A DNA stretch of 64,000 bases from Planctomycetota bacterium (GTDB lineage Bacteria; Planctomycetota; Planctomycetia; Pirellulales; Pirellulaceae). This document shows, one piece after another, positions 51,475 to 62,287 of this stretch; the first letter of the stretch is position 1, and each line of letters opens with the position of its first letter. The stretch lies in contig JBCAWX010000016.1 in NCBI GenBank assembly GCA_038534355.1, forward strand, positions 68,449 to 132,448, given 5' to 3'. A program made the position numbers and the translations under genes. The notes beneath the pieces were generated by a model, which saw nothing but the letters and a program-made list of their open reading frames with translations, did not search any database and was not told the DNA's origin.

Positions 51475-52290
51475 ATGATCTTGATGACCCCCAATGCACT
51501 ACTCACGTCTGACATACTCTTGTTCGGACTCACCGGCCTGCTCGCTCAGATGTCGATGCTCGGTGGAAACATGGGGTACCTGCTCATGGTTGCCCTGCCC
51601 AGCATGATTCTTTCCGGAGGTGCAGCTTGGCTGGTCAAATCCAGGTTTGCACAATATTCCAAAGTCCCGTCCAGTCGTGGTTACACTGGCCAAATGGCAG
51701 CTCAAAAACTGCTTGATGCGGCGGGAATCCACGATGTCCAAATCGTTCGCGTCGATGGAATGCTAACCGATCACTACAACCCAAGAACCAAACAGCTGGC
51801 CCTTTCATCCGCCGTTTTTGATCGAACGTCGATCGCCGCAATCGGCGTGGCAACTCACGAAGCGGGACATGCGATTCAGCATGCAACAGGTTATTATCCG
51901 CTCCAGTGGCGAAGCATGATTGTGCCGGCGGCCAATATCGGAACACGTTTTGGAACGTGGGGCATGATGATCGGGTTGATGTTTGCGGCCGGCGGAAATG
52001 CGATGGGTGGTCCGACCAGCACGATCGGGTTTTGGATTTTTGCTGCCGGCGCGATTGCGTTTTCACTCTTCCTGTTGTTTCAGTTGGTCACCCTGCCCGT
52101 CGAATTCAACGCAAGCGCTCGCGCAAAACAACTGGTCGTCGAAGCCGGAATCGTAGGGGCTCACGAGCGAGAAGGAATCGATAAAGTACTCAATGCCGCC
52201 GCGATGACTTATGTCGCCGCATTCGTGACATCGCTGCTGACGTTACTCTACTTTTTGTACAGAGCCGGTTTCTTTAATCGGCGCAACTAG
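51475..52290 (+). CDS. Putative neutral zinc metallopeptidase (YugP/Zn_peptidase_2 family)
   Basis: LTDHYNP, ATHEAGHAIQH, QLVTLPVEFNAS.RA, VLNAAAMTYVAA. Start uncertain (51475-51571). Confidence 0.88.
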   Translation: MILMTPNALLTSDILLFGLTGLLAQMSMLGGNMGYLLMVALPSMILSGGAAWLVKSRFAQYSKVPSSRGYTGQMAAQKLLDAAGIHDVQIVRVDGMLTDHYNPRTKQLALSSAVFDRTSIAAIGVATHEAGHAIQHATGYYPLQWRSMIVPAANIGTRFGTWGMMIGLMFAAGGNAMGGPTSTIGFWIFAAGAIAFSLFLLFQLVTLPVEFNASARAKQLVVEAGIVGAHEREGIDKVLNAAAMTYVAAFVTSLLTLLYFLYRAGFFNRRN

Positions 52291-52901
52291 CGACTGCCAA
52301 GCCAGATATCGAAGATCCAGCGAGTCGCCGTATGTTTGACCGTCGAGCACTCTTTTGGCTCAACGCGCACTCGAGCGAGTTCGTCGTCAGCCCGGTCGAT
52401 CGAAACCAAGCAGATGGGGTCGCATTTTAACAGCACGACCAAGTCTTCCAGGTCAGGATGCTGCATTTGAAGTTGTTCAGCATCGAGCGCAGCGATGTCC
52501 CAATTCGAATCCACCTGAAACGTTGAGCCCAACCAGCCGTTCGTGTCATCTTTCATCAGACACGCGTAGTCGTTTCGCAACATCGCTTGCGATGAATGCT
52601 CCCAGGAAATCGACGCTGACCAATGCCCTTTTCCAGCCATGCCTACACCCAATACGACGGCCCGATCGCGACGGTTCGTATCAGCCAATTGATGCTCGTG
52701 AAGATCCTGTATCGGTGGACATGTTGGAAACCGGTCATCGTCCGTACCTTCCAATGAGGACATCAATGGGATCGAATGACCTGCAGACTCAACGAACCAA
52801 GACTGTTGCCACCGATCGATTTGATACTCGAACTTGACCAGCAATGTTGTTGCTGTCCCATCAATTTCAACAGGACAATCGATAGTAAGGTCGGACTTCA
52901 A
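52287..52901 (-). CDS. Hypothetical protein
   Basis: 204-aa ORF directly downstream of prfB with a GVGMAGKGHWS motif. Confidence 0.65.
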   Translation of the reverse strand: MKSDLTIDCPVEIDGTATTLLVKFEYQIDRWQQSWFVESAGHSIPLMSSLEGTDDDRFPTCPPIQDLHEHQLADTNRRDRAVVLGVGMAGKGHWSASISWEHSSQAMLRNDYACLMKDDTNGWLGSTFQVDSNWDIAALDAEQLQMQHPDLEDLVVLLKCDPICLVSIDRADDELARVRVEPKECSTVKHTATRWIFDIWLGSR

Positions 52902-52975
52902 ATTTGGTACTCGTAAAAAATCGACGACGTCCAGTGATATTTGCAGAGCGTCAACCGGCGAACCAACTCAGGTTC

Positions 52976-54077
52976 TCAAGCGTTTGTTTTTGCTCGCCAA
53001 GTCAACAACGAATCGAGGAAACCCTGAATCTCTCCGTCGAGCACTTTATGAAAGTCGCCCATGGAGAAACCGGTGCGTGTATCTTTGACACGTTGATCGG
53101 GGTGCAAAAAATAGTTGCGAATCTGTGAGCCAAAACCAACTCGAGCCTTGTTTTGGTACTTCTCAGCTTCTTCTGCTTCTCGTTTTTCTTCTTCAACACG
53201 AGCCAGTTGAGCGCGTAGCATTTTCCATGCTTGGGCGCGATTCTTGTGTTGACTCCGTTGGCTCTGACATTGGACAACCGTGTTCGTTGGCAGATGGGTT
53301 AGCCGGATGGCGCTATCCGTCTTGTTGACGTGTTGACCACCGGCGCCGCTGGCGCGATACCGATCCTCTCGAACATCCTTTTCTTCAATGTCAATCTCGA
53401 CGCTGTCGGAAATCTCGGGGGAAACATCCACGGCGGCAAAACTGGTTTGCCGTTTTCCTTCCGAGTTAAACGGACTAATGCGGACGAGTCGATGGAGTCC
53501 GGTTTCATTTTTCAGATAACCGTACGCCATCGGACCTCGGATCACAATGGAAGCCGAATTGATGCCCGCTTCATCATTGTCATCACGATCAATCAAACTG
53601 ACATCGTAGTCGCTTTTTTGCGCCCACTGGGTATACATGCGGAGCATCATGTCAGCCCAATCGTTGGCATCGGTGCCTCCGTCTCGAGCATGGATCGTCA
53701 GAATCGCGCCGCTGGAATCGTAAGGACCATTGAGCAATGACTTAAGTTCCAAATCGTCGAGTTGTTTTTCCAGCGACTTCAGTTCATTGCGAACTTCCGA
53801 TTCAATTGAGTCATCTTCTTCGCACAACTCGACAAGTGCCTGTAAATCGTCACCGGCAGCAATCATTTCCGCCATGGGACCAACGATCGCCTTGACAGAT
53901 TTCAGCTGTCCAACCGTTTCCTGAGCAGTTTCCTGGTTGTCCCAAAAACCGGGCGCGGCCATTTTGGCTTCAATTTCCTTGATGGATTCCAATTTGGAAT
54001 CGTAGTCAAAGACTGTCTCGAAGCTTGGTGATGCGTTGATTGATCGCTACAGAGCGGTCGAGAAGTTCAGAATCCAT
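52976..54077 (-). CDS. prfB: Peptide chain release factor 2 with a programmed +1 frameshift
   Basis: SPF and GGQ motifs. Upstream ATG at 54077 gives MDSELL...RDSL, then CTT TGA C (54011-54005) shifts into DYDSKLES, in frame with the 53992 ORF. Confidence 0.95.
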
Positions 54078-54230
54078 GACGATAAAATTCGGCGAAACGA
54101 AGTGACTCAAATGACATCCAGCAAGCAATTTGCCGGTCACGCATTGTAGTCTTGTTCGAGAGAATCAAAAGCCCAAGTGCGTGTCGGCCAGTCATCGTCT
54201 GCCGCCCCGCGGAACTCATGGATCTGGCGA

Positions 54231-56045
54231 TTATCGGTTGAATGGAACTTCATTGATCCATCGGAAGCCACGTCGCACCAAAAGCGGTGCGTCTTCGGTC
54301 GGTTCTTCAACGACCGTTTGCTCATCGAAATGGTTGATCTGCCGCTGCGTATGTGACCAGAGAGGAATCAGGATCCCAAAGAGAATGAGCGCGATCTTGA
54401 TGGTGCGACAAATCCACAACACTTCCAGCCGTCTCGCATAAGGCGGAATCCAATCGCGAGGGATGGTTGGCCGATTGAGAAACAGAACGCTGGCCAGACG
54501 TCCGATGTCTGGTGTCATGATTAACAGCGCCATGACGATCAAGTGAAACGAGAACAGTTTGACGGGCACGTCGTAACACATGTTCAACATGAACACGTTG
54601 ACCATGACGCCAAAAGCAACCAGTGCGCCAAGCGTCGACGTACGACGCCAGACCAACAACAGACCAGCGATGACTTCACCGAGCCCGGCAAATACTGTGT
54701 AGGAACGCGAGGAGCCCATCCAACTCCAAACCACGTTCATCGGAGAGGATTCGCCCCAGGTTTTGTTCAGTTGATAGTCCGAAAGCGCAGGAAATTGATT
54801 ATGATCCCAAGCGACCTTGGCCAAACCGTAACCTAGCATCGTAAACGCTAACACGTACCTCAAGTAACTGACCAGCAAATCCTTGGTGATCCTTAAGTCT
54901 GTCTTTCTGCGGTCAATCAATGACCAGACCAGTGCAATGATCAGTGCCAGGACGAACCAAATGAAAACTTCAATGTAATTGTGCGTTGTATCGCCACTGC
55001 CGTTGGGTGGAACCAGTTTCTCCTGGAATCCAAATACGGTTTCTGCTGTAAATTGAACCATCGTTTGCGTGACGGAGCTAAATCCCTTTCGGATCGTCGA
55101 GCTTTGTGGAAGGACTTCGATAAATGGCGAGGGCAACGCGTACAGCAACCAGTAGACCAGCGAGAAACGAACCGCGAATTTGGAAATGACATTTAGTTCG
55201 GGTCCGGATGAATCAGCTTTATCGGGAGACGTTGCTTCATCGGTAGCGCTAGACAGGTCGGTTGTCGTCTGCTGTCTTGCCGGTAAACCGCTGAATACAA
55301 ACAATGTCAGGGCAATCAGAACCAGCCAGAGCCAATATGTCCAAAAGGATTGTTGTGGCGCATCGGCGGCACTCGCGAGTGCTTCGCGAATTTCAGGAGG
55401 GATTTGATTGGCGGCCGCCTGTTGTTGCGACGTATCGATGGTCTTGGCAGTTGGAGCCGTTTCATCATCAACGATCTCCAAAGTCGCATCGTCCAGGAAG
55501 GCAATTCCTTGGCCAATCACGAATATTCCTACCACGATCTTTTGCGCGTCGTCATCTACCTTGGCAACGATCTCGAATGGTTCCCATTGCGTGGACTTGA
55601 TCGGTCGATCCTGCATATTGTCGAAGGCACCCATCTGTGGATTGCCATCGTCGTCCGGCTTGCGATCAACCCGCAGCCAGAGTTGAACACGAGTGGATGA
55701 CTTGAGTTGTTCTGTTTTTACGTGGGCTCGAAACCGAATGGTTTTGCCTTGAAGAGAACTGGCATCAACAGTCTGCATCAGGTTGGTGAAACGCTGTCCT
55801 GTCGCTTGCAACGAGTCAATTCGAACAGCTTGTTGACCCGAGGCGGTGTCGTCGACCATGTCGATCGAACCACCTTGTTGGGAAACAAAAAACCAATTCG
55901 CTGGTTGATCGTCTTGCACAGTTTCGAAGTCACCATTGACCAGCAGATTGGTCGAGTCATCTTGTCCCCAGGTTGTGGAGTCGAAACCAACAACGACCAG
56001 GAAGAGTGTCAGCAAGAAGCAAACAGAACGAAGGAAACGGTTCAT
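54231..56045 (-). CDS. Membrane protein: N-terminal CBM-like jelly-roll domain plus a DoxX-like multi-TM region
   Basis: Signal peptide, LVNGDFE...LWLRVD...FDNM...W, then YGLAKV...QFP...W..MG.S..Y..FAG..E...GLLL.WRRT..LG...N..YDVPVK. Confidence 0.65.
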   Translation of the reverse strand: MNRFLRSVCFLLTLFLVVVGFDSTTWGQDDSTNLLVNGDFETVQDDQPANWFFVSQQGGSIDMVDDTASGQQAVRIDSLQATGQRFTNLMQTVDASSLQGKTIRFRAHVKTEQLKSSTRVQLWLRVDRKPDDDGNPQMGAFDNMQDRPIKSTQWEPFEIVAKVDDDAQKIVVGIFVIGQGIAFLDDATLEIVDDETAPTAKTIDTSQQQAAANQIPPEIREALASAADAPQQSFWTYWLWLVLIALTLFVFSGLPARQQTTTDLSSATDEATSPDKADSSGPELNVISKFAVRFSLVYWLLYALPSPFIEVLPQSSTIRKGFSSVTQTMVQFTAETVFGFQEKLVPPNGSGDTTHNYIEVFIWFVLALIIALVWSLIDRRKTDLRITKDLLVSYLRYVLAFTMLGYGLAKVAWDHNQFPALSDYQLNKTWGESSPMNVVWSWMGSSRSYTVFAGLGEVIAGLLLVWRRTSTLGALVAFGVMVNVFMLNMCYDVPVKLFSFHLIVMALLIMTPDIGRLASVLFLNRPTIPRDWIPPYARRLEVLWICRTIKIALILFGILIPLWSHTQRQINHFDEQTVVEEPTEDAPLLVRRGFRWINEVPFNR

Positions 56046-56374
56046 CGTATGGCCTCAAGAGTGCAGTCGTCGCAGTGGAAGGGGTTCGTCGAATACGCAA
56101 TTTCATTTTATACCCGAGCAGACTTCTGAGTTGATTAGCAGCTGTTCAACAAGGAGCACGAGTAAGCTTGAAAAATTGAGTGTTTTCCTTCATTGTTCAG
56201 CATCGCCAACCAGCATCGTCAAAGTATTGTTTTGCGAGTCGTTTTCTTAGCCGTTCTCGAGAGCGGCATGTCCTATTACGCGACTCCATCCAGACTGTTT
56301 ATAGCGACCAAAAGGGAGCGCGGGAGCGCAGTATCGAAGATGCTGTAGCGGTCCCTTCGCAGGGATATGGCCAC

Positions 56375-56404
56375 AAAAAAAGTAGCGCAAGGGCGCAACC
56401 CTAC
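56375..56404 (-). terminator. Possible terminator of the CRISPR array transcript
   Basis: Minus strand GTAG...GCGC-CCTT-GCGC-TAC followed by T7. The stem is weak. Confidence 0.3.
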
Positions 56405-56558
56405 GGCGGTACTTCCGAAAGACTCGATTTTCGACAAACTTGATTTGCGAGATTTCGTCCAACACCGGCCGGCTCGCGCCGGTCCGCTATATGCTTTGTT
56501 CACCAATGAACCCCAAGACGCGACTCTTACCCTTGTTTCCCAATGTTCTACTCCCGAC

Positions 56559-59500
56559 GTTTCAATCCACGCGCCCCGTGTGGGGCGCGACAACTCAAAC
56601 GGTCGGGTAAAGCCTAGGTTCACTGGAGGTTTCAATCCACGCGCCCCGCCCCGTGTGGGGCGCGACCTATACGAAATATTTCGGTTGTTGTGCTTGCGAA
56701 GTTTCAATCCACGCGCCCCGTGTGTGGGGCGCGACAATTGGTCACGGTCGTTGCCAGCAATGTTTGCCGGTTTCAATCCACGCGCCCCGTGTGGGGCGCG
56801 ACTGTAATTTTCATGCGGTCCACCACATAGCAAAGAGTTTCAATCCACGCGCCCCGTGTGGGGCGCGACGTCGTGACCAGCGAAGACAACTGGAAGAAGC
56901 CGCTGTTTCAATCCACGCGCCCCGTGTGGGGCGCGACACTACGATCGAAATGACATTGACTGCGATCATGAGTTTCAATCCACGCGCCCCGTGTGGGGCG
57001 CGACGCTACGCTCCTTGGCTCGATGCGAACGTTAACTGGTTTCAATCCACGCGCCCCGTGTGGGGCGCGACCAATGGAGCAGTCTCAAGACACCCTAGTA
57101 GACGAGGTTTCAATCCACGCGCCCCGTGTGGGGCGCGACACTAAATCGGAAACTTGCCAATCGCTGCTTGGCGTTTCAATCCACGCGCCCCGTGTGGGGC
57201 GCGACGGGAAGTATCGTTTCATTGTTTAGTTTCCTTTTTAGTTTCAATCCACGCGCCCCGTGTGGGGCGCGACGCCGTACGACTCAGAGTTTGATTGCTA
57301 CGAATGCGTTTCAATCCACGCGCCCCGTGTGGGGCGCGACCCAACAGGCGATATCGGGTAAATGCTTACAAGCCAGTTTCAATCCACGCGCCCCGTGTGG
57401 GGCGCGACGCACGGTCGTTTTTGCCAACAATGGATATCTGCGTTTCAATCCACGCGCCCCGTGTGGGGCGCGACAATGACTTTAAAGACAGACAAGTCAG
57501 TTGATAGCGGTTTCAATCCACGCGCCCCGTGTGGGGCGCGACGCGTGTCATCGGTGTACGTCTTGGACGTGATTGTCGTTTCAATCCACGCGCCCCGTGT
57601 GGGGCGCGACTTAAACGCTGTTCCAAACGCACCCATGTTGTGAGTTTCAATCCACGCGCCCCGTGTGGGGCGCGACACCGAAACGATTTCACCTTTGGTC
57701 CATTTCATTTTGTTTCAATCCACGCGCCCCGTGTGGGGCGCGACCCAGTATCGGCGTAAACCTAACGGAGTTCTCCAATGTTTCAATCCACGCGCCCCGT
57801 GTGGGGCGCGACACATCTCATGCCAAGTCGGGCATCGATCCTGCAGCGTTTCAATCCACGCGCCCCGTGTGGGGCGCGACCTGGATTGTTGATAACGAGG
57901 TCGTAGACCACGTAGGTTTCAATCCACGCGCCCCGTGTGGGGCGCGACATTTACGTGGATCGACAGGCAGGGCAATCTGAGCGTTTCAATCCACGCGCCC
58001 CGTGTGGGGCGCGACGCCATCTAACTCGACCTCTGCTGCTCGGGCTCCCCTTGTTTCAATCCACGCGCCCCGTGTGGGGCGCGACTCACGATCGACCGCG
58101 ACGATAGCGTTGTCGGCAACGTTTCAATCCACGCGCCCCGTGTGGGGCGCGACCGCCAGACAGAAATTGATCAACGACATGATGGCCGGTGTTTCAATCC
58201 ACGCGCCCCGTGTGGGGCGCGACGATGGAATCAGAGTAAGCAGTGGCGTGAATCAAACGTTTCAATCCACGCGCCCCGTGTGGGGCGCGACGTTCTAATG
58301 CTTGGTTCATAATGCAGCCGCCACGAAGTTTCAATCCACGCGCCCCGTGTGGGGCGCGACATCAAAGCTCGCCCAAACGATTCACGACCTGAAGAAGTTT
58401 CAATCCACGCGCCCCGTGTGGGGCGCGACGGTTGGGTTGCCTGAAAAGCGTCAACCAACTCAGCGTTTCAATCCACGCGCCCCGTGTGGGGCGCGACTGA
58501 TTGAGTGCATCGTTTACTTCGGTGCTTGCCACGTTTCAATCCACGCGCCCCGTGTGGGGCGCGACGTGACGGGTGGTGACGCTGGTGGCAACAAACGCAA
58601 GTTTCAATCCACGCGCCCCGTGTGGGGCGCGACCCACTGGCGAGCCGATGTACTGATCAGTCTTCTTCGAGTTTCAATCCACGCGCCCCGTGTGGGGCGC
58701 GACGTTGGTTGGCGATCTATTTGGTAGGTGTTTCAGGGTTTCAATCCACGCGCCCCGTGTGGGGCGCGACCAAGTCGCCAACGAGCTGTACGGACTTGAG
58801 GATTGGGTTTCAATCCACGCGCCCCGTGTGGGGCGCGACCCACGGCCATTCCAACCAATCCGACTGTCGACGACGTGTTTCAATCCACGCGCCCCGTGTG
58901 GGGCGCGACGCCAACGCAAAACGGCATTCTTTGCAACTACCCGGTGTTTCAATCCACGCGCCCCGTGTGGGGCGCGACACTATAAACGTGAACCCTTCGT
59001 TTGTCACCTTTGGTTTCAATCCACGCGCCCCGTGTGGGGCGCGACGGTGCTCCAGAATTAACTGGAGCACCCCTTGAATTGTTTCAATCCACGCGCCCCG
59101 TGTGGGGCGCGACATCGGAAGACGTTTACCACAAACTGACTGAGCTTGTTTCAATCCACGCGCCCCGTGTGGGGCGCGACCACCAATGGCCGCAACGCTT
59201 GCAGCACCAATCGCCAGTTTCAATCCACGCGCCCCGTGTGGGGCGCGACGCCCCGACGGTTGGTCGTGGGAAAACAACGTTACGGAGTTTCAATCCACGC
59301 GCCCCGTGTGGGGCGCGACTTTGCATTCATTGCGGCCATCGGGTTTGGTGCGATGTTTCAATCCACGCGCCCCGTGTGGGGCGCGACCCTCTGGATCGTG
59401 CTGCCTTCAGCGGTTCGTAGATGTTTCAATCCACGCGCCCCGTGTGGGGCGCGACATGGCACCGGCTGTCGATCAAACCAAAGCGGAACAAGTTTCAATC

Positions 59501-60682
59501 CACGCGCCCCGTGTGGGGCGCGACCCAAACAGTTGCCAAACAATGAAGCGTTGCCATGGTGTTTCAATCCACGCGCCCCGTGTGGGGCGCGACCTGCCAA
59601 TCATTCGTGACCCCAACGCGGCTGCTGCCGTGTTTCAATCCACGCGCCCCGTGTGGGGCGCGACATTTTCGAAATGGAAAAGGACGACGATCTTTTCCGT
59701 GTTTCAATCCACGCGCCCCGTGTGGGGCGCGACGGGCACGCGGCGCTAACATCGATTTAATCATGCCTGTTTCAATCCACGCGCCCCGTGTGGGGCGCGA
59801 CTTTCCAGACAACGAAACCGGCCTTCCGACATCGCAGTTTCAATCCACGCGCCCCGTGTGGGGCGCGACACAACCAATCGGGTGTGGCTCTGATTCTGCT
59901 GGAGTTTCAATCCACGCGCCCCGTGTGGGGCGCGACCACGCTGACACCGCGGTGGCACACGTTCATGACAGTTTCAATCCACGCGCCCCGTGTGGGGCGC
60001 GACTCGATCGTGTCGTTCCCTGTCGCGGCCGTAAGCGTTTCAATCCACGCGCCCCGTGTGGGGCGCGACTCGACGCAATCTTCGCGGGTGATTCCCCATT
60101 CTTGTTTCAATCCACGCGCCCCGTGTGGGGCGCGACTCGATTCGTCTTTCGTGTTCGTGTCGCCGCCTGTCGTGTTTCAATCCACGCGCCCCGTGTGGGG
60201 CGCGACCGGGCGGCGACGTCGCCGGACGGGATGTTAAAAATGTTTCAATCCACGCGCCCCGTGTGGGGCGCGACTTTCATCGGACGGGGGGTTCCCGTCT
60301 TTGTCGTTCAGTTTCAATCCACGCGCCCCGTGTGGGGCGCGACGTTAATAACGGGACGTTTACTTCGGTCCTGGACGTGTTTCAATCCACGCGCCCCGTG
60401 TGGGGCGCGACGTTAGTCTCGATTTTTACTTGTGGCGATACAATCGTGTTTCAATCCACGCGCCCCGTGTGGGGCGCGACGCATGATGGCGTTGTCTCGA
60501 CGATGGCATTTGATGTTTCAATCCACGCGCCCCGTGTGGGGCGCGACCTTGGCGAGATTCGTCACGAAGGTTGCACAATCGTTTCAATCCACGCGCCCCG
60601 TGTGGGGCGCGACTCATTGCTGCGATCGCAATTGGCGCAATGAATTTTAGTTTCAATCCACGCGCCCCGTGTGGGGCGCGAC
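56559..60682 (-). CRISPR. Type I-C CRISPR array: 61 repeats, 60 spacers (33-38 nt)
   Basis: 33-nt repeat GTCGCGCCCCACACGGGGCGCGTGGATTGAAAC (minus strand) with an 8-bp stem. Counted by hand. Two variant repeats occur at the trailer end. Confidence 0.98.
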
Positions 60683-60846
60683 TGTCGAATTGTAAATGCT
60701 TGAGTGGAAGATGTTTAGAACACTACTATCGCGAACGTTTGCGGAAATCAGCATTTGAAACGCTACGGCACGTGCATTCATTAGGAATCCAACAGAAAAT
60801 CGAGACGCGAACCTCGTGGCTTTTGTCGTTAGCTTGCCATTCGCGA
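60683..60846 (-). promoter_or_regulatory. CRISPR leader
   Basis: Non-coding region between cas2 and the first repeat, containing recurring CGCGAAC/TTCGCG motifs. Confidence 0.75.
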
Positions 60847-61137
60847 TCAAACAATCAGTGGACCTTCTGGGTTAATCGATGGCTTGGCACCGACGTGCTC
60901 GACTCGATGTGGCCAGTTCTTACCAAGAAAATAAAAACGAAGACTGTCCTCGTTCGGCTCATACTTATCGATCAACTTCGCTTTACATTCGGCCCATTGA
61001 GCCGGATCTACCAGCAACTCAAAAACCGAGTTTTGCACCCTTTGCCCATAATCAAGGCAAATTTTCGCAATCTGTCGCAGACGTTTGCGACCCGCAGGAG
61101 TCTTGGTTGATACGTCGTACGTTACCAGGACATACAT
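60847..61137 (-). CDS. cas2: CRISPR-associated endonuclease Cas2
   Basis: VLVTYDV, RLRQIAK.C.DYGQRVQNSVFE, DSLRFY.LG. Confidence 0.95.
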   Translation of the reverse strand: MYVLVTYDVSTKTPAGRKRLRQIAKICLDYGQRVQNSVFELLVDPAQWAECKAKLIDKYEPNEDSLRFYFLGKNWPHRVEHVGAKPSINPEGPLIV

Positions 61138-61142
61138 TGCAT

Positions 61143-62174
61143 CTACTTCCAAATAAAAGGTGGATAATCGTCAATGTCACCACGGAGAAAACGAGCCAAC
61201 AGCCGTGCTTGAAGATGAACCAATAACCCAATCGTCGTTTTCTCGCCGAGGAACGGATGGGTTATCGTGTCTTGCTTACGTTTTTGCCAAGCCGTTAAAA
61301 CCACTTTGCGTGATTTTTCCTTCAATAAGATCGCGCCGCTTTCCGTAACGTCGAAATCGGTTTCCTGAATTTGCTTTCGATTGATCAACGACAATGCCAT
61401 CCTGTCCGCGAGAAAGCCTCGAAATTCTTCAATTAAATCGAGTGACAATCCTGGCCGACCCGGTCGATCTCGATGAAGGAAACCGACCGCTGCATCAAGT
61501 CCACTGGCTTCGCATGCACTTCGAGCGTCGTGGGTCAGCATTGAATACAGGAATGACAATAGTGCGTTGATTCGATCCAGTGGCGGTCGCCTCGAACGAT
61601 GAGTGAAATTGAAACCGACGACGTTTTGGGAGTACAACTCGTTAAAGACCGAGAAGTACAAATTGGCACCGTCGCCCTCGATTCCTCGAAGTGAATCGAT
61701 GTTGCCAACTTTAAGTGCCGATTGAACATTGTGGGAGAGGCGCCTAGCAGTTGACCTAAGCTTTTCAGATGATGCTTGCCTCGGCGTATCACGAGCAGCT
61801 CGCAGTAGTACAGCACGACAGTTGGAGATCTTGGCTGCAACGAAATGACGCGCGATCTCCAGTGTCGACTCAGGATCATCCGCCCTTCGGTATTGCTCGC
61901 GCCGCAACAGAACATTTCCAGGCGAAAATCCATTGACTGCCGCAATGAATCCACCGTAGGTTGACAAGAATGAAAGGCTAACGCCAGCTTTTGCACAAGC
62001 ACCCATCAAGCTTGGAGTACACATAATGTTCCCGAAACAAACGATTCCATCCAAGTTGTGCAGCGGAAGCCTTAGTTTTATCTCCTTGTCGACCATGACA
62101 ACGACTGCCAGCCCGTCCTTGCGCAGATAGGCACCTTCGGTTGTGACGAACAGTGTATTCAGGTGACGCTTCAT
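61143..62174 (-). CDS. cas1: CRISPR-associated endonuclease Cas1 (type I-C)
   Basis: LNTLFVTT.GAYL.KDG, GNVLLRREQYR, LRGIEG, RSRRPPLD..NALLSF.Y, GFLH.DRPGR. Confidence 0.97.
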   Translation of the reverse strand: MKRHLNTLFVTTEGAYLRKDGLAVVVMVDKEIKLRLPLHNLDGIVCFGNIMCTPSLMGACAKAGVSLSFLSTYGGFIAAVNGFSPGNVLLRREQYRRADDPESTLEIARHFVAAKISNCRAVLLRAARDTPRQASSEKLRSTARRLSHNVQSALKVGNIDSLRGIEGDGANLYFSVFNELYSQNVVGFNFTHRSRRPPLDRINALLSFLYSMLTHDARSACEASGLDAAVGFLHRDRPGRPGLSLDLIEEFRGFLADRMALSLINRKQIQETDFDVTESGAILLKEKSRKVVLTAWQKRKQDTITHPFLGEKTTIGLLVHLQARLLARFLRGDIDDYPPFIWK

Positions 62175-62287
62175 GATTGTGGACGCTTCTCGGTGGTCAG
62201 ATCTCAATCAACAATTTGTCTTCTCCTACCGCGCGAAAGGCAAAACATTGAAAGGAAAAACAATGGTCGAGCTTGTTCAGACGCTAA

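Noticed and set aside
54231-56045. Membrane protein downstream of the array as a CRISPR accessory effector
   Set aside because: It has no CARF/SAVED or other effector motif, type I-C makes no cyclic oligonucleotide signal, and adjacency alone is insufficient.
57206-57240. Spacer resembling host sequence near 62250 (AAAGGAAA..AACAATG)
   Set aside because: Only short, gapped similarity to a generic RBS-like purine tract. Not a credible self-target.
56276-60850. Many ORFs across the CRISPR array (up to 286 aa)
   Set aside because: They are translations of repeats lacking stops in some frames (FNPRAPCGAR, SIHAPRVGRD) and are not genes.
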